Positions 60,878-64,000 of a DNA stretch of 64,000 nucleotides are shown here, in pieces. A program made the translations under genes and the position numbers. Position 1 is the stretch's first letter, and each line of letters starts with the position of its first letter. Source of the DNA: Bacillales bacterium UBA4100 (GTDB taxonomy: Bacteria > Bacillota > Bacilli > Paenibacillales > UBA4045); NCBI GenBank assembly GCA_002383285.1, contig DFXU01000049.1, positions 8,558 through 72,557 of the forward strand, written 5' to 3'. A model generated the notes under the pieces. The model saw only the letters and a program-made list of their open reading frames with translations, did no database searches and had not been told where the DNA came from.

Positions 60878-62542
60878 ATGAAAAGCAAAGTAACTATCTT
60901 AATCGCAATCGTATTGACATTGACATTAGTATTATCAGCGTGCAGCAATAATACAAATAAAGCGAATAATGTAAATCAGGCGAATGAAACGAATGATTCT
61001 GGTACTAACGAGGAAAATCAATCGGCAGATGAGGGACTCGGATTTCCACTGAAGGAGAAAGTAACACTTAAAGCGGTAGCACATAGACCGCCGCTGGCAC
61101 CAACTGATTTCAATGATCAACCATTGATTCAAGAACTTGAGAAGACTACGAATGTGCATATCGAATGGGACACGATTGTAGAAGCGGATTATATTGCGAA
61201 ACGTAATTTATTACTCGCTAGCGGAAGCTTGCCGGATTTCTTCTTTAGCGGTCGGTTTTCCGATTCCGAACTAGTGCGATACTCAGCTGACGGTACTCTT
61301 ATCTCGTTAGATGATTTAATTGAGAACAATATGCCAAATTTAAAAGCGATTTTGGACTCTCGTCCGGATATTAAAGCGCAAATTACTGCACCAGACGGTA
61401 AAATCTATTCTCTTCCACAAGGTGAGGAACTTGGTGCTGGTCAAAATGAAATCGGTGCCAACCCGGATTTCTTGTACATTAACCAAGAATGGCTTGATAA
61501 ACTTGAACTAAAAATGCCAACAACAATGGATGAGTTCACAGCAGTTCTAAAAGCGTTTAAGACCAAGGATCCTAACGGCAATAATAAAGCCGACGAGATT
61601 CCACTTACTTATATAGACAACTTCTGGACTGGTGATATTGGTGTTCTTTTCGGAGCATTCGGCGTGCCGGATAAGACCCACCGCCCGAATAATCCATCCT
61701 ATATCGATCACTTGAATGTAGTTAATGGCAAAATACAATTCGCTCCGATGCAAGACGGATACAAAGATGCAGTATCTTACATTCACCAATGGTTTGCAGA
61801 TAAATTGGTAGATTTAGAAGCTTTCACTCATGATTATGATACTTATTTTGCAAGAGGAAAAACGGAAGACGAAACTATCGGAGCCATGATTTGGTGGGAT
61901 AAAAACGACGTTGCTGGTGAAGAGAGAGGGAAGCATTGGGTTCTTGTCCCTCCTTTCAAAGACATGATTGTGAAATGGAACAATGGCGGTGGATTTGGTC
62001 GAGATGGCGTAACCATCACAAGTGCTAACAAGAATCCAGAGATCACAGCAGCGTGGTTAGATTCATTCTATGAACCAACGTTCGCAGCTCAATCTCGTTT
62101 CGGACCCATTGGTGTCTGGTATGACCAAGATGCAAACGGCAAGCTTACACAGAGGAAAGTTGATAATCCAGGAGAGTTCAGACAGTCCTCTTCAATTACT
62201 AATGGAATTGGGCTTCTCCTAGAGGAACACATGGATAAGGTTGAATATGCTGAACCTCGTGCACTAGAAAGAATAAATGACAGTGTAGAGGTCTATGTAC
62301 CGCAAATGCAAGCAGAAAAATTCCCGAACATCTTCTTCACGGAAGCGGAACTGAAAGTGATTGATAAAACGAAATTGGATATTTCTACTTATGTTAACAG
62401 TACACGTGCGAAGTGGTTATTGACAGGTGGAGTACAAGAAGAGTGGGATCAATTCCAGGAAACACTTAAGAAAATGGGTATAGAAGAACTGCTTCAATCG
62501 CATCAAACTGCTTATGATCGTTACTTGGAAGCGCAAAAATAA
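60878..62542 (+). CDS. Large extracellular solute-binding lipoprotein (LplA-like)
   Basis: Signal peptide with lipobox LSAC-S and a ~550-aa SBP typical of LplABC-type systems. ATG 60878 lies 9 nt after GGGAGG. Confidence 0.85.
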   Translation: MKSKVTILIAIVLTLTLVLSACSNNTNKANNVNQANETNDSGTNEENQSADEGLGFPLKEKVTLKAVAHRPPLAPTDFNDQPLIQELEKTTNVHIEWDTIVEADYIAKRNLLLASGSLPDFFFSGRFSDSELVRYSADGTLISLDDLIENNMPNLKAILDSRPDIKAQITAPDGKIYSLPQGEELGAGQNEIGANPDFLYINQEWLDKLELKMPTTMDEFTAVLKAFKTKDPNGNNKADEIPLTYIDNFWTGDIGVLFGAFGVPDKTHRPNNPSYIDHLNVVNGKIQFAPMQDGYKDAVSYIHQWFADKLVDLEAFTHDYDTYFARGKTEDETIGAMIWWDKNDVAGEERGKHWVLVPPFKDMIVKWNNGGGFGRDGVTITSANKNPEITAAWLDSFYEPTFAAQSRFGPIGVWYDQDANGKLTQRKVDNPGEFRQSSSITNGIGLLLEEHMDKVEYAEPRALERINDSVEVYVPQMQAEKFPNIFFTEAELKVIDKTKLDISTYVNSTRAKWLLTGGVQEEWDQFQETLKKMGIEELLQSHQTAYDRYLEAQK

Positions 62543-62575
62543 TAATAGTTAATTTTCAGCTTTTATATTTGCAAG

Positions 62576-62613
62576 AGACAAGTCGGAGCGGTTCACGCTG
62601 TTCTGACTTGTCT
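62576..62613 (+). terminator. Long hairpin between the SBP gene and the GH32 gene (no U-tract; attenuator or stabiliser candidate)
   Basis: AGACAAGTC (62576..62584) pairs with GACTTGTCT (62605..62613), with an inner AGCG/CGCT stem. Confidence 0.4.
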
Positions 62614-62647
62614 ACATTACTTGCTCTAACTATTGGGAGTGTGAAGG

Positions 62648-64000
62648 ATGTCACCATACGAGATAGTAAATAAATTAAAAGCCCCTATCGCCCATTGGAC
62701 TTTCAATGAAGGTAAAGGAAACATGGTTTTAGAATCGATAACGGGTTGTAAGGATCAAATTGAATATGCTTTGAATAAAGGAAGATTTCAATCACCGCAG
62801 AACCCAATCTGGCGGGAAGGTATCGTTGGGACAGCCTTATTCTTTGATGGCTATTCCACTTATATTCGTAAATCGGCTAATGAAATAAAGAAACCGAGGC
62901 TTGAATTATCGATCTTGGTGTGGATTGCTCCAAGGACATTCGATTACGGCGCTGAGCAACGTCTTTCATGTATTGTGAATCAACACAACAGAGAGCTCCG
63001 AGAGGGGTATATATTAGGTCTCAATCGTTATGGAGATTGGTCTTTGCAATTAGGAGTTGATAATCAGTGGGTAGAGGTATGGTCGTCTAATAGTGATCCC
63101 CTTCCTCTGAATCATTGGTCCTTCTTAGCTGCTACGTATGATTCCAAAAAGTCGGAAGCTAAGCTTTATTTGAATGGAGAAGAAATCACATCACAAATAA
63201 TTGCTGGTTCAGACGGAATTTCACCGTGTACTGCGGATCTATTGGTAGGACGTAACAATCAAGGGGTTATTCTCGCGGAGTCATTTACAATGAATAATTA
63301 TGGCGGTTTAATGGATGAACTCGTCATTTATGATAAAGCCTTGAACAGCGAAGAAATTGCTATGGTTTATAGTGCTAATCTCCAGACCCTTGGTGGAAAG
63401 GTGCCCGATATTCTAAGGGAGGACAAAATGCTTCCGAGGACATTATTCGCGAACGATCGGCATCGTCCGCAATATCATCTAAGTCCAAGAGGACATTGGA
63501 TGAATGAACCTCATGGTCCCATATTTTTTAATGGTTTGTACCATCTCTTCTATCAGAAAAATCCAAATGGTCCTTTTTGGCACTTGATTCACTGGGGACA
63601 CTGGGTTAGTGAAGATTTAGTTCATTGGCGAGATCTTCCGCCAGCACTTTATCCAGATCGGCATCTTGATCCAGAAGGGGTCTGGTCAGGGAGTGCTTGC
63701 CTGGATGAAAACGGGTATCCTGCATTATTCTTTACCGCGGGGAATAATAACTGGTCTCCGAATCAAGCCGTCGGTATTGCAAGAAGCACTTTTCCGTACG
63801 ATGGTGATAACGAATTGGAATGCTGGACCAAACAACCCGCTCCAATTGTTACTCTGAAAAAAGAAGATGGATTGCTAGGAGAATTTCGCGATCCATTTGT
63901 TTGGCAAGAGAAAGGCAAATGGTTCATGCTGGTTGGAACAGGTATTGAAGGAAAAGGCGGCACGGCAGCCACATATTCATCTGTTGATTGTCTACAATGG
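62648..64000 (+). CDS. 3'-truncated GH32 beta-fructofuranosidase (levanase/inulinase-like) with an N-terminal LamG/ConA-like domain
   Basis: The frame is open from ATG 62648 to the window end (451 codons) and is absent from the track because it has no stop. It carries the GH32 motifs HRPQYHLSPRGHWMNEPHGP (WMNDPNG block) and EFRDPFVW (RDP block). The N-terminal ~250 aa has a LamG-like pattern (…LVGRNNQG…LMDELVIYDKALNSEEI…). Confidence 0.85.
   Translation, partial: MSPYEIVNKLKAPIAHWTFNEGKGNMVLESITGCKDQIEYALNKGRFQSPQNPIWREGIVGTALFFDGYSTYIRKSANEIKKPRLELSILVWIAPRTFDYGAEQRLSCIVNQHNRELREGYILGLNRYGDWSLQLGVDNQWVEVWSSNSDPLPLNHWSFLAATYDSKKSEAKLYLNGEEITSQIIAGSDGISPCTADLLVGRNNQGVILAESFTMNNYGGLMDELVIYDKALNSEEIAMVYSANLQTLGGKVPDILREDKMLPRTLFANDRHRPQYHLSPRGHWMNEPHGPIFFNGLYHLFYQKNPNGPFWHLIHWGHWVSEDLVHWRDLPPALYPDRHLDPEGVWSGSACLDENGYPALFFTAGNNNWSPNQAVGIARSTFPYDGDNELECWTKQPAPIVTLKKEDGLLGEFRDPFVWQEKGKWFMLVGTGIEGKGGTAATYSSVDCLQW

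Overview
The window reads as a Bacillales/Paenibacillus-like chromosome. That assignment is an inference from the spoVAC-AD-AE genes and gene order resembling Bacillus subtilis. Most of it is conserved core: hprK-lgt-ppaX-yvoF; hisZGDBHAFIE plus a PHP-type histidinol phosphatase; prs, a TPR protein, trxB, glcK, rapZ-yvcK-whiA-crh; clpP and tRNA-Arg(CCG); cggR-gapA-pgk-tpiA-gpmI-eno; secG-rnr-smpB-ssrA. Accessory blocks sit at both ends and in the middle: a sugar/oxidoreductase cluster with two regulators (1-6.5 kb), a TRAP transporter with a YesM/YesN-type two-component system (27-33 kb), and a LacI/LplABC-type ABC/GH32 fructan locus (57.8-64 kb, running off the window). I recognise no CRISPR array, rRNA, transposase, integrase or known defence system, and no clearly novel multi-gene system. 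The observations most worth a second look are small and mostly non-coding. (1) A 53-bp copy (52/53 identical) of the tmRNA tag-template segment lies 2.2 kb downstream of ssrA, bracketing an AT-rich RCC1-repeat gene. (2) A ~0.55-kb ORF-free insert with GC-rich tandem repeats and perfect palindromes splits the normally tight pgk-tpiA junction. (3) A near-consensus Fur box drives a Cys-rich DUF1450 gene next to ferritin, an arrangement analogous to Bfd/Bfr. (4) The hisA in the his operon is of the eukaryotic HIS6 type. (5) A ~0.7-kb ORF-poor region between tRNA-Arg and cggR carries a 16-bp perfect palindrome and frame-broken coding remnants. (6) A conserved 28-bp motif sits at the same distance from the -10 hexamers of two TRAP promoters. 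All coordinates and motif matches were read by hand. Family calls come from recognisable motifs and memory, not from database searches.
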